Of a stretch of 64,000 nucleotides of DNA, positions 36,091 through 44,951 are shown one piece after another. Every line of letters starts with the position of its first letter. The first letter of the stretch is position 1. Under the pieces are notes generated by a model. The model did no database searches. It saw only the letters and a list, made by a program, of their open reading frames with translations, and was not told where the DNA came from. Source of the stretch: Candidatus Nanohaloarchaea archaeon (GTDB taxonomy: Archaea > Nanohalarchaeota > Nanosalinia > Nanosalinales > Nanosalinaceae); the NCBI GenBank assembly GCA_042218325.1, contig JBDGRE010000005.1:9055-73054 (forward strand), given 5' to 3'. The translations under genes were made by a program, and so were the position numbers.

Positions 36091-36591
36091 TTAATCCACC
36101 AGGAATTTCTCGGGCTTGTCGTCCATGTCGAGGAAGTTGTCCGCAGCCTCTCGGATCTCTTTCGCGGATGACTTTCCGAACGCCATAACCTCGACCCGGC
36201 ATCCTTCTGCCTTGAGGTGGTCGACGATGGCCGTGAAGTCACCGTCTCCCGTTACGAGGACGACCGTGTCGAGCTTCTTGGCCTGCTGCATCATGTCGAC
36301 AGTCATGCCGAGGTCCCAGTCTCCCTTCTTCTGTCCGCCGTAGAACTCCTTCAGCTCCTTTATCTTGACCTCGTAGCCGATGCGGCGGAGTGCCTCGAAG
36401 AAGTCTTCCTCGTCAGGCGTGTCTGCCTTGATGACGTACGCGCTCGCTCTCACGAGGGCGCGGTTCATCACCGCCGCGTCGAGCAGTTTCTGGAAGTCTA
36501 CCTTTGCATCGTATAGATTTTTAGCGCTGTAGTACATGTTTTGTACGTCGACGAAAACGCCGACTCTCTGGTCCTTGTGTATATCTGACAT
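36091..36591 (-). CDS. NYN-domain (LabA/DUF88-like) putative RNase
   Basis: VGVFVDVQNMYYS and VVLVTGDGDF motifs. Its stop lies 3 nt from the start of the CBS gene. Confidence 0.7.
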   Translation of the reverse strand: MSDIHKDQRVGVFVDVQNMYYSAKNLYDAKVDFQKLLDAAVMNRALVRASAYVIKADTPDEEDFFEALRRIGYEVKIKELKEFYGGQKKGDWDLGMTVDMMQQAKKLDTVVLVTGDGDFTAIVDHLKAEGCRVEVMAFGKSSAKEIREAADNFLDMDDKPEKFLVD

Positions 36592-36680
36592 CCTATTTTA
36601 CCTCACAATGAGAAAAGCCGAAATTATATCGACTTGCAGGAATAGAGGCGAGGCACACACTTAAAAGCATAACAGGGCTT

Positions 36681-37643
36681 TCATTGCCGTCCCGGCATCA
36701 AATCCAGGAGCCCCTCGAAGGATTTCTTAACCGTCTTGGGCTCGCCGTGCCGGAAATACTCCATTATACTGCCGGTAACAGCCTGTCGGACGAAGTAGTA
36801 AAGCCCGACGTAGGCGACTGCGCCGCCCGAGATCTGGGAGGCCACGAACAGCGACACCGCCAGCGACTTCGAAGAGGACACGAACCCGAGTGCGCGGGCC
36901 TGAGGCTCCATCGAACCCGCGTACCGTGACGCGTAGTAGGCAACGGTGAAACAGGCCGTTGTGAAGCCGGCCATGAGGACTATAGCGAAGCCGGCCGCCT
37001 GCAACATCGCCGCCCCGCGCCAAGCATACACTAAGCGGAACTGGACGGCCATGACCATGACGAGCAGCCACAGCCCAACCTTGGAGAAATGGTGTTTCAT
37101 GTCCTCCATCAAAACGTTCTCGAACCTCTGCGAGAACAGCCCGGCCGCGAGCGGGAGGAAGAGGAACGCCAGGTTCTTGACAGCCACTGCCCTGAAAGGT
37201 AATGAGGCAGGGAAACCGAGCAGCAGGACCGGTATGACCACGAAGCCGGCCAGTAGGGATGTGCCCGAAACTATAAGCGCCAGGTCACCTTCTCCCTTCG
37301 AGAGATTTGAGAAAACGACGGGTGAGCCTATCGCGGCCGCCGAGACACCGATCGCTATGAACGCGTCACCGAGCGCCCCTCCGACAGCGGTGTAAACCAG
37401 GAATGCAAGCGCCGGGGCGAGCAGGTAGATAGCGGCGAGGCCGAGCAGGACTTCCCTGCGGTGCTGGCCGCATCTTTTCAGTTTGTCGATATCAAGGTGA
37501 AGCCCCATCAGGAAGAAAAGTATGGATAAAAGGCCTGTGAAGAGGGCGTTGGACACCAGGTCTCCCGAGACGAAGTAGGCGAGGACTCCCGCGCCTATCA
37601 CTATCGCCAGGAACTCCAGGTCGAGCCTGATGCCGTGCTTCAT
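36681..37643 (-). CDS. Bile acid:sodium symporter / ACR3-like fold transporter
   Basis: 320 aa with about ten TM helices and a G/A-rich composition. Family assigned by overall pattern only. Confidence 0.5.
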   Translation of the reverse strand: MKHGIRLDLEFLAIVIGAGVLAYFVSGDLVSNALFTGLLSILFFLMGLHLDIDKLKRCGQHRREVLLGLAAIYLLAPALAFLVYTAVGGALGDAFIAIGVSAAAIGSPVVFSNLSKGEGDLALIVSGTSLLAGFVVIPVLLLGFPASLPFRAVAVKNLAFLFLPLAAGLFSQRFENVLMEDMKHHFSKVGLWLLVMVMAVQFRLVYAWRGAAMLQAAGFAIVLMAGFTTACFTVAYYASRYAGSMEPQARALGFVSSSKSLAVSLFVASQISGGAVAYVGLYYFVRQAVTGSIMEYFRHGEPKTVKKSFEGLLDLMPGRQ

Positions 37644-37685
37644 AGCTGGAATTGGTCGCGACCTGTTTATTAAGTTGCCAGTAGC

Positions 37686-38243
37686 TCAATCCACCGACCG
37701 CCAGAGGTACAGGGATGCGAGGCTCCGGTAGGGTCGCCAGTCCTCCGCCCGTGAAACCATCTCCTCCCTGTCCTCGATGCCGTAAAGCTGCTGCATCGCG
37801 TTTCCTATGCCCAGGTCCTCGACGGGGAACACTTCTTCACGGCCGAGCACGAATATCAGGAACATCTTCGCCGTCCAGTCACCGATTCCGTGTATCTCCG
37901 TCAGCTCCTCGACGACCCCTTTATCGCTCATGTCTGAGAACTTTTCCGTGTTCAGGTCGTCTTCGATGAAATGCCTGGCCGTGCTTTTCAGGTAGTCGAC
38001 CTTCTGCCGGGAGAGACCGATATCGTTTAGCTCTTCCTCGTCTGCGTCGAGCAGCGCCTCTGGCTCGATGGTGAAGTTCTCGAAGAGTCTCTCGCGTATC
38101 GCGGCGGCGCTCTGCGTCGACAGCTGCTGGTTGACTATGGAGACCACGAGGCGTTCGAACGGTTCCCCGGAGGCCTCGAGCTCAAGCTCGCCGTATTGTT
38201 CGATGAGTCCCGAGAGCTCCCTGTCTTTTTCCAGCGGCTCCAT
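37686..38243 (-). CDS. HhH-GPD DNA glycosylase (AlkA/3-methyladenine glycosylase II-like)
   Basis: VVSIVNQQLSTQSAAAIRERL, an HhH (IHGIGDWTAKMFLIF) and the catalytic-Asp region VEDLGI. Start at MEPLEKDR. Confidence 0.65.
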   Translation of the reverse strand: MEPLEKDRELSGLIEQYGELELEASGEPFERLVVSIVNQQLSTQSAAAIRERLFENFTIEPEALLDADEEELNDIGLSRQKVDYLKSTARHFIEDDLNTEKFSDMSDKGVVEELTEIHGIGDWTAKMFLIFVLGREEVFPVEDLGIGNAMQQLYGIEDREEMVSRAEDWRPYRSLASLYLWRSVD

Positions 38244-38245
38244 CT

Positions 38246-39085
38246 CTACTCCCGCAACTCCTTGATGCGCTCCAGGTTCTCCGCGTATCCGCAATCTTCG
38301 GTCACCGGCGTCTCGAGTATCATCGGTTTCTCCGCTAGTTGCGAGTTGACCACGTTACGGAAGCCTTCGTCGCCTATCTCTCCCCTGCCGATGTGCTGGT
38401 GGTTGTCTTTCTCGCTGCCTTTCGGGTCTTTCGAGTCGTTGAGGTGCACGACTTTTACCGTCTCGAGGCCGAGATCTTCCTTGATTTCCTGGAGCATGTC
38501 CTCGAATCCCTCGCCCGAACACAGGTCGTAGCCCGCGGCGTGGGCGTGGCAGGTGTCGATGCAGACCCCTATTTTCTCGTCAGGGGTATCAGCGAGCTCT
38601 ATCATCTGCCGCAGCTCACCGAAGCTCTTGCCGAGCGTCGTGCCTTTCCCTGCGGTGTTCTCCAGCAGCAGGGTCACGTTCCCGGGTATATCCAGCGTGT
38701 CGATGCCCTCCGCGATCCGCTCGATACCGTTCTCCCTGCCCGAGCCGGTGTGCGCACCGGGGTGGAAAACGACGTACTCCACGCCGAGGGTTCCCGCCGC
38801 GTCAAGTTCGGCCTGGAGGCAGTCCAGCGACTTCTCGAACAGCTCGTCCTTCGGTGTCGCCAGGTTCACGAGGTAGGTGGAGTGGATGACGTAGGGCTCC
38901 TGGTCTTTCTCCTCTCTAAGTTCCTGGAAGCTCTCGCCATCTTCTTCACTGTATCCAGAGACAGACCAGGTCCTGGGGCTGCCCGCGAATATCTGGCCGC
39001 AGTTCCCTCCTATCTCCTCCTGTCTCTCCACTGCTTTTTCTACTCCGCCTGAGATGGATACATGGGCTCCTATCCTGAAAGTCAT
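38246..39085 (-). CDS. nfo: Endonuclease IV (deoxyribonuclease IV)
   Basis: MTFRIGAHVS, HPGAH and VVHLNDSKDPKGSEKDNHQHIGRGEIG motifs. Confidence 0.85.
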   Translation of the reverse strand: MTFRIGAHVSISGGVEKAVERQEEIGGNCGQIFAGSPRTWSVSGYSEEDGESFQELREEKDQEPYVIHSTYLVNLATPKDELFEKSLDCLQAELDAAGTLGVEYVVFHPGAHTGSGRENGIERIAEGIDTLDIPGNVTLLLENTAGKGTTLGKSFGELRQMIELADTPDEKIGVCIDTCHAHAAGYDLCSGEGFEDMLQEIKEDLGLETVKVVHLNDSKDPKGSEKDNHQHIGRGEIGDEGFRNVVNSQLAEKPMILETPVTEDCGYAENLERIKELRE

Positions 39086-39173
39086 GATACCAGATTATCC
39101 GGTACCACTAAATTAGTTTTCACCACCCCTGCGCCGAAGAATTTATATTGTTAAGATAAAGTAGTAAACAACT

Positions 39174-39740
39174 ATGGAGCGGCTATCACCGAGCTCAGCA
39201 GCGACCTACGTGGATGACGTCGAGAGCTTTCTGGATGACAGGTACGTCGAGGTCGATTCTTACCGGTTCGTTGCCGAACACAGGTTCACGATGTTGAAGG
39301 GCGAAGCAGAGAGCGCGGAAGACGCACTAAGAGAGCTGGAGGCCGAGTACGATGAGCGCCGATTCATGGATGCATCGGATGCGGACTGGTGGGCCGAGAT
39401 ATCCATCGAGGCCTCGATAGATCTTGATTATTCGGCGGTCCTTTTACATCCCGAGACACGTGAACTGGAGGCAAAAGCAGTCTGCCGGGAGAACCAGGCT
39501 GAGGCTGAAAGATGGATGACCAACATGAACACCGCACTCGACGAGAGAGGTTTTAGCGTCAGGCAGGAGCGAGACACCAGCCAGGTCGAGCCCCCGGGGC
39601 AGGATACCGGTAGAGCCCCGGAGGCGCCTGTCGAAGAGGATAAAACAGGTGCCAGGGTAACCGCTGAACCGGAAGAACCGAGAGAGGAACCACGGACGCC
39701 TCTATCTGCGGACCCCAGATACAAGTACAGGACAGACTAG
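39174..39740 (+). CDS. Hypothetical acidic protein with P/E/T-rich tail; TAG-joined in frame to the next ORF
   Basis: 188 aa. The last ~55 residues are low-complexity and linker-like (EPPGQDTGRAPEAPVEEDKTGARVTAEPEEPREEPRTPL). TAG at 39738-39740. Confidence 0.4.
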   Translation: MERLSPSSAATYVDDVESFLDDRYVEVDSYRFVAEHRFTMLKGEAESAEDALRELEAEYDERRFMDASDADWWAEISIEASIDLDYSAVLLHPETRELEAKAVCRENQAEAERWMTNMNTALDERGFSVRQERDTSQVEPPGQDTGRAPEAPVEEDKTGARVTAEPEEPREEPRTPLSADPRYKYRTD

Positions 39741-39749
39741 TTGTGGGTT

Positions 39750-40481
39750 ATGAGGGTCGTTTCTCTTGCACCTTCCAACACCGAGATACTTTTCGCGATA
39801 GGCGCAGGAGACCAGGTAGTAGCCACGACCTCCCTGTGCGACCACCCGGAGAAAGCCCGGGAGCTACCAGGCGTCGGTGGCTGGAGCCAGGGTCTCGACG
39901 TCGAGAAAGTGGTGGAGATGTCGCCGGACGTGGCTTTCGCTTCCGATGAGCTGCAGGACGAGATCGTGGATGAGCTGTCCGGCAGAGGTATCGATGTGGT
40001 CCAGGTAAGGCCTCACACCCTTGAAGAGGTTTACGGCTCTATAGAGACCATCGGCAGGACCGTGGGCAGGGAACAGGAGGCCCGAGAGCTCGTCAAGGGT
40101 ATGAAGGCAGGGCTGAGAGAGCTTTCAGCTGAGGGCGCGAGGGTCTACTGTGAGGAGTGGATGAGGCCCCCGATGGCGTCCGGTAACTGGGTTCCCGACC
40201 TTGTGGAGACTATCGAAGGAGAGTACTTCCTCTCCAGCGGTGAGAGGAGCAGGGAGTTCGAGCTGGAGGAGCTCGCACGGTTCGACCCGGAGTACATTTT
40301 CCTGAACGTGTGCGGCGCCGGGGACAAGGTAAACTGTGCTGAGCTGCTGGGGAGGGAGGACTGGCAGGAGATAGAGGCTGTGAGGCGCGGAGAGGCATAC
40401 ATCATCGATGACGCGCTGCTGAACAGGCCCAGCCCGAGACTTGTGGAGGGAGCGGCCGAGATCTCCAGAAGGGTGAAATAA
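39750..40481 (+). CDS. BtuF-like periplasmic-binding-protein fold (cobalamin/siderophore binding)
   Basis: MRVVSLAPSNTEILFAIGAGDQVVATTSLCDHP... is typical of class III substrate-binding proteins. No signal peptide is present. Confidence 0.6.
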   Translation: MRVVSLAPSNTEILFAIGAGDQVVATTSLCDHPEKARELPGVGGWSQGLDVEKVVEMSPDVAFASDELQDEIVDELSGRGIDVVQVRPHTLEEVYGSIETIGRTVGREQEARELVKGMKAGLRELSAEGARVYCEEWMRPPMASGNWVPDLVETIEGEYFLSSGERSREFELEELARFDPEYIFLNVCGAGDKVNCAELLGREDWQEIEAVRRGEAYIIDDALLNRPSPRLVEGAAEISRRVK

Positions 40482-40482
40482 T

Positions 40483-40830
40483 TCACGCGCCGGGTATACC
40501 GACTGCTTCAAGGCTGACTACGCTCGCGAGCGACAGCAGGTACAGCACGACCAGCGTCATAATCCATGCAAGCAGTCCCATTAGTGCGGCGTCGAGCCAG
40601 CCTCCCTCGTGCCTGTGGTTTATGACCGCGATCCAGGCCACGAGCGCGAGGAACGAACCGATGAAAGGCACGTACGAGAACACGGCCCAGGCTATCGACC
40701 CGAGAAGGGCGGTCAGGACTGAGCGGCGGTAGCTTCCGTTGCCGCTGACCACCATCGTGCCGGTGTATATGCCGAGCCCGCCGACCGCGAGGCCGGCGAT
40801 GAACAGCACTGCCGTATCTGCGAATGTCAT
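40483..40830 (-). CDS. Small membrane protein
   Basis: 115 aa with four hydrophobic helices. Confidence 0.45.
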   Translation of the reverse strand: MTFADTAVLFIAGLAVGGLGIYTGTMVVSGNGSYRRSVLTALLGSIAWAVFSYVPFIGSFLALVAWIAVINHRHEGGWLDAALMGLLAWIMTLVVLYLLSLASVVSLEAVGIPGA

Positions 40831-40887
40831 GTCTCTCCAGTACTGGCGGCACGTATTAATAGGGCATGTTGGGCTGCTGCACAGGAT

Positions 40888-41448
40888 TTAGGTGTCGTGG
40901 TCCTGGTAAGGCTCGCCGTATTTGTCGCTGAGAAGGTTGACCGCGGCCTTCGCGCCGTCGCCTATCGCGAACGAGGTTTGGTACACCCAGTAATTTATGA
41001 GTCCCGCGGCGTAAAGACCCTCGAGCACGCAGTTGTCCCCGTCAGTGACTACATGCTGGTCCATCCAGTAAGGTCCCTCCTTTCCTTCCTCGAAATCGAC
41101 TTCCTCGATATCGATGTAGTCCGTCATACCGGCGCTCGCCAGCACTACGTATTCTGCCTGGTAACTGTTCTCTCCGGTCTCGACCCTGAAGGTATCGCCG
41201 TCTTTCTCCAGCGATTCGACCTCTTCTTCCCTGTGCTCGCCGTCGAAATCGGAGAGCTTTTCCCGGGCCTTCTTCAGCAGTTCCTGTCCGCCGATGGAGT
41301 CGTGGCCGACAAGGTTCTGGATATTTGATGTGCTGTAGACCAGCGACTCGTCCGTGTCGAGCACGAGTGTTTCCTCTCCGGCTTTGGCGGTGAAGACCGC
41401 GGCCTGAAGGCCGGCGACGCCCCCGCCTATAACTATCACGTCTTTCAT
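40888..41448 (-). CDS. Short FAD-binding oxidoreductase (thioredoxin-reductase-like, NADPH domain missing)
   Basis: The N-terminal VIVIGGGVAGLQAA dinucleotide fold is joined directly to the C-terminal GLYAAGL...GDGAKAA FAD motif. 186 aa with no CxxC. Confidence 0.5.
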   Translation of the reverse strand: MKDVIVIGGGVAGLQAAVFTAKAGEETLVLDTDESLVYSTSNIQNLVGHDSIGGQELLKKAREKLSDFDGEHREEEVESLEKDGDTFRVETGENSYQAEYVVLASAGMTDYIDIEEVDFEEGKEGPYWMDQHVVTDGDNCVLEGLYAAGLINYWVYQTSFAIGDGAKAAVNLLSDKYGEPYQDHDT

Positions 41449-41471
41449 ATCCTGGTCTTCGAAAGATAGAG

Positions 41472-42107
41472 TTAAGAAATCTCAGGAAAACTTCTTAGCT
41501 CCTTTTCCAGATCTTCCTGAGTGTCGAAGTATCTCACGGGCCAGTAACAGGAGATACCGCCGAAGCCCTCCAGCCGTGTATCAAGGTCCACAAGGACATA
41601 CTCGGTATCGGGGAAATCATTGTCCCTTATGGCGTGCCTCCCATCAGTATCTTTCAGCAGCCTCACCCCTTCCTGGTCGCCGGCGAACCGGGATACCGCC
41701 AGGCTGTTCTCCCCCGTCTCGATGTATAGAACTTCGAGCTCCAGGTCTCCGTTCCCTTCCATTATCTCCTCTACCGACGCAGAACCGGTGCTCTCAACGG
41801 CGTTTCCCTTCTGGTTATCCGGGTTCTCCTGGCCTCGCGGCCACGTGAACCTGGTTTCCTCTTCCCCGGTACTATCTTCCCTCTCCTGGCTTCTATCCGG
41901 GATATCAGTTGCGTTGCCCGAGGCTATCTCTGCGAGTTGCTCTCTGTATCCATCTCTTATCTCGGAGCCGTTCCAGGTCGTTCTGCTGGAGTAACCCCAG
42001 CGGAATTCTTCGTCGTAGTCGGCACCGACCACCTCTGCTATGCCGGGCATGAGAGACCCGACCTGCTTGGTGCTTGTATCGATACCTCTCTCCTCCAGGT
42101 AGGCCAC
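41472..42107 (-). CDS. Hypothetical acidic protein
   Basis: 211-aa ORF. No motif recognised. Confidence 0.4.
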   Translation of the reverse strand: MAYLEERGIDTSTKQVGSLMPGIAEVVGADYDEEFRWGYSSRTTWNGSEIRDGYREQLAEIASGNATDIPDRSQEREDSTGEEETRFTWPRGQENPDNQKGNAVESTGSASVEEIMEGNGDLELEVLYIETGENSLAVSRFAGDQEGVRLLKDTDGRHAIRDNDFPDTEYVLVDLDTRLEGFGGISCYWPVRYFDTQEDLEKELRSFPEIS

Positions 42108-42151
42108 TATATGCCGGGACTTGGGATAGGGATTTCCCCCCCCTTAAGAAA

Positions 42152-43063
42152 TTAGGAGGCGATACCCGCAACCAGCCGCTGCTTCTCTTCCATGCTTTCC
42201 AGTTCTGTTTCCAGTCTGATGCTGTTCTCTCGGCCGATCCTTAACCGGGAAACCTCGCCAGCGTTCTCCATCTCCGACAGCATCTTGCTGATCTTTCCAG
42301 CGCTCCAGTCGAGCTTTTCGCCGAGTTCTTTCTGCTTCATCACGCCGTCGTTTCTCTCCAGCAGCTTCTCTACGATCTGGATTCCTGTGTTCCCCGGGTC
42401 AAGAAGATGTAGTTGCGGCTCCCCGTATCTATCGGCCTCGACTGCCTCCGGCACTTCCAGAGTTTCACCTGGCCCATCCGGAAGTTCACCTATCTCCTGC
42501 TTCAGCAGTCTCGCGGCGTACTCTGCTCCGGCAAGTTCATGCTGCAAATCTTCCTGAAACGGTTCATCCTCCTCTTCAAGGAGCCTCCATTTAAAGTGGC
42601 GGCCGTCTTTAACCCTCTCTATAAGTCCTTCATCCTCGAATCTCTGGCCCAGGATGCTGGCGTAGCCATCTGTTATATCTAGGATTTCTCGAACGTCGCT
42701 CTGCTCTATCATGCCTTCACGTGATACCAGGTGCGCTGCATGCTCCACCGCCACCAACTCCTCACGGAGCTCTGAGTCGCGCCGGGCAACAAGTATATCC
42801 GAGGCTTCCGGGGTAAGGTGGTACGTGGTCGCCCGTGTCTGGCCGGTTTTTTCCAGGATACCCCTGTCTACAAGTTCACTTCTCTTATGGGAAACAGTTC
42901 CAGGAGTGAAACCGGTTTTTCCCGCTGTCTGTTCCGGAGAAATCGCCTTAACCGCGTCCCTGAGAACGGTCACAAGTCTCTCCTGTTCCAGTTCCTCCAG
43001 GGTCTCGTGTGCAGATTCCGATATCTCGGCATAATCACTGTTGTTGTTGTCCTCTACGGCCAC
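42152..43063 (-). CDS. Multi-winged-helix DNA-binding protein, hypothetical
   Basis: At least two wHTH-like segments (GFTPGTVSHKRSELVDRGILEK; KQKELGEKLDWSAGKISKMLSEMENAGEVSR). Confidence 0.45.
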   Translation of the reverse strand: MAVEDNNNSDYAEISESAHETLEELEQERLVTVLRDAVKAISPEQTAGKTGFTPGTVSHKRSELVDRGILEKTGQTRATTYHLTPEASDILVARRDSELREELVAVEHAAHLVSREGMIEQSDVREILDITDGYASILGQRFEDEGLIERVKDGRHFKWRLLEEEDEPFQEDLQHELAGAEYAARLLKQEIGELPDGPGETLEVPEAVEADRYGEPQLHLLDPGNTGIQIVEKLLERNDGVMKQKELGEKLDWSAGKISKMLSEMENAGEVSRLRIGRENSIRLETELESMEEKQRLVAGIAS

Positions 43064-43125
43064 GGATTTTTTTTATCCAAGAAGAGTAATAAACTTGCCG
43101 CAACCACCTTCGCTGACCCGTTTAA

Positions 43126-43142
43126 AAGCCTCTAAGAGGCTT
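43126..43142 (-). terminator. Hairpin AAGCCTC-TAA-GAGGCTT downstream of sod
   Basis: 7-bp perfect stem about 30 nt after the sod stop, flanked by A/T runs on both sides (T-run on the sod mRNA strand). Confidence 0.45.
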
Positions 43143-43171
43143 AAAAAAGATAAAAAGTGTCTATGGTTTTC

Positions 43172-43777
43172 CTATCCCTCGAAGGTGGAGACGACTTCTT
43201 CGAACCGCTCCCCGACACTGCTCCAGTCAACCACGTCGAAGAAGCTGTCGATGAAGTCGCCACGGTCCGGGCCGTAGTCGTGGTAGTAGCTGTGCTCCCA
43301 GACGTCGACCGCGAGCACTGGATGCGCACCCCACACCGCGCCCCGGTCATGCTTGTCGACCGTGACGTTGTGTAGCTCTCCGGTCCTCGGGATGTAGACC
43401 AGTAAAGCCCAGCCACCGGCGCTTTTCGCGGCAGCCACGAACTCCTGCTTCCAGTCCTCGTACGAGCCGAAGTCCTCCTCTATCTTTTCCAGGAGTTCAT
43501 CTTCCGGCCTACCGCCGCCGTTCGGCGACATCGATTTCCAGAAGACGTCGTGCAGGACGGTGCCGCAGAAGTTGTGCGTGAAGTTGCCGAGGATGTTTCC
43601 GGTCGAGGAAAAGTCGCCGCTTTCTCGCTGCTTCTCCAGTTTTTCCTCGGCGGAGTTCCAGCCGTCCACGTAGCCCTGGTGGTGGACATCGTGATGCCAC
43701 TTCATCACCTGTTCGGATATAGCGGGTTCGAGAGCGTCGTAGTCGTACGGGAGCTTCATGAGGCCCTGTCCAGACAT
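43172..43777 (-). CDS. sod: Fe/Mn superoxide dismutase
   Basis: LPYDYDALEP, WHHDVHHQGY and DVWEHSYY motifs. Start at MSGQGLMKLPY; the longer track ORF is an artefactual extension. Confidence 0.85.
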   Translation of the reverse strand: MSGQGLMKLPYDYDALEPAISEQVMKWHHDVHHQGYVDGWNSAEEKLEKQRESGDFSSTGNILGNFTHNFCGTVLHDVFWKSMSPNGGGRPEDELLEKIEEDFGSYEDWKQEFVAAAKSAGGWALLVYIPRTGELHNVTVDKHDRGAVWGAHPVLAVDVWEHSYYHDYGPDRGDFIDSFFDVVDWSSVGERFEEVVSTFEG

Positions 43778-43880
43778 AGTATAATCACCGGTATATGATT
43801 GCCGGCGCGGGGTTAAATCAGTTTTGCCTGTGATGCAAGAAAGGAAAGAAAAATGAAAGGAAGGAAATGTGACCGGCGTT

Positions 43881-44504
43881 TTACCCGGTCGTGGAGCTGC
43901 TCGAGTCCTGTGAACCGGTCGCGTTGCTCGGCTGCTGCTCAAGCTGCTGGATGAGCTGGTCGATGGGCTGGACCATCGAGCGACCGAACGGGCCACGGGT
44001 CCTGATAAGCAGCTCACCATCGGGCGAAACGTAGAACTGCTGCGAGGTAGTCTGGTTGCCCTGCATACTCGTGACGTTCACGAGGAACATCCCGTTGGAA
44101 CGAGTGACCTCTACGGACTCGGGCGTGGAGCCGGCAGCGCTGAAAAGATCGTTCATAGACTGCCTGACGTCCGCGGTACTTGCCTGAGCACCGCTGCCGC
44201 CGACAGGCCCGAAGGCGCCAGCTGCAAGACCCACCACGAGGCCTACCACGAGGCCGCCGACAAGGGCAGTGCTCGGCGCAAGTGAGCTGAGGAACATCTC
44301 TTCCCTGGCCTCTTCCTTTCCGGCCTCGCGTTCCTGCTCCTCAAGCCTGTTCTCGAGCCAGGTGCGGAGCGTCTTCCTGTTCTCTCCCTGCGTCTCGGCC
44401 TCGAGAAGCGCCTCGTAGTCCGGATTTTCCATATCCCTGATACTATCCTTCGCGTCATCCACCGTCTGGTCAACGATGTCTGAATAATCAGTATCTTCCG
44501 TCAT
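43881..44504 (-). CDS. Hypothetical single-pass membrane protein
   Basis: Acidic N-terminal region, one G/V-rich TM helix, and a C-terminal domain ending in an S/T-rich tail. Confidence 0.4.
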   Translation of the reverse strand: MTEDTDYSDIVDQTVDDAKDSIRDMENPDYEALLEAETQGENRKTLRTWLENRLEEQEREAGKEEAREEMFLSSLAPSTALVGGLVVGLVVGLAAGAFGPVGGSGAQASTADVRQSMNDLFSAAGSTPESVEVTRSNGMFLVNVTSMQGNQTTSQQFYVSPDGELLIRTRGPFGRSMVQPIDQLIQQLEQQPSNATGSQDSSSSTTG

Positions 44505-44690
44505 ATAACGCAGGATTATCAAAGAACCTTTTAAAGAATTTGCCGGACTGAACCTCTCAACGTGGAAAACTGTGGCAGGTATCAGCCTGCCGGCGTATTC
44601 AGTTCGCGCCGGTTTCCTCTAACGCCTGCGAGTATATATCCCCGGTGTCAGCCGGATGGAATAAGTGTTCGTGAAAAGATACAGTGACTT

Positions 44691-44951
44691 TCATGTCAGG
44701 CTCTCCACGCCATCGTAGTCCCAGATGCGGACATCATAGTGTACCTCGCCATCCTGTTTCTCGAACTCCGATACTTCGATTTTCTCGGGCACCATCCCCT
44801 CACTTAACAGGAGAGCCATGAGTTCCTCGTCCTCCAAGTCATCATAGTTCTCACCGAGATACCTGACCTCTCTCAGGTTGCCTGCCATGATGCCGTCCTG
44901 GAGCTGTTCGACACCTACAGGGTACGAATCCAGAAAAATCCAGGCAGTCAT
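44691..44951 (-). CDS. Hypothetical small acidic protein
   Basis: 86 aa. The start overlaps the upstream gene's stop by 4 nt. Confidence 0.4.
   Translation of the reverse strand: MTAWIFLDSYPVGVEQLQDGIMAGNLREVRYLGENYDDLEDEELMALLLSEGMVPEKIEVSEFEKQDGEVHYDVRIWDYDGVESLT

Noticed and set aside
43778-44020. N-terminal extension of the SOD ORF
   Set aside because: It is S/R/P-rich junk upstream of the family-typical start MSGQGLMKLPYDYD.
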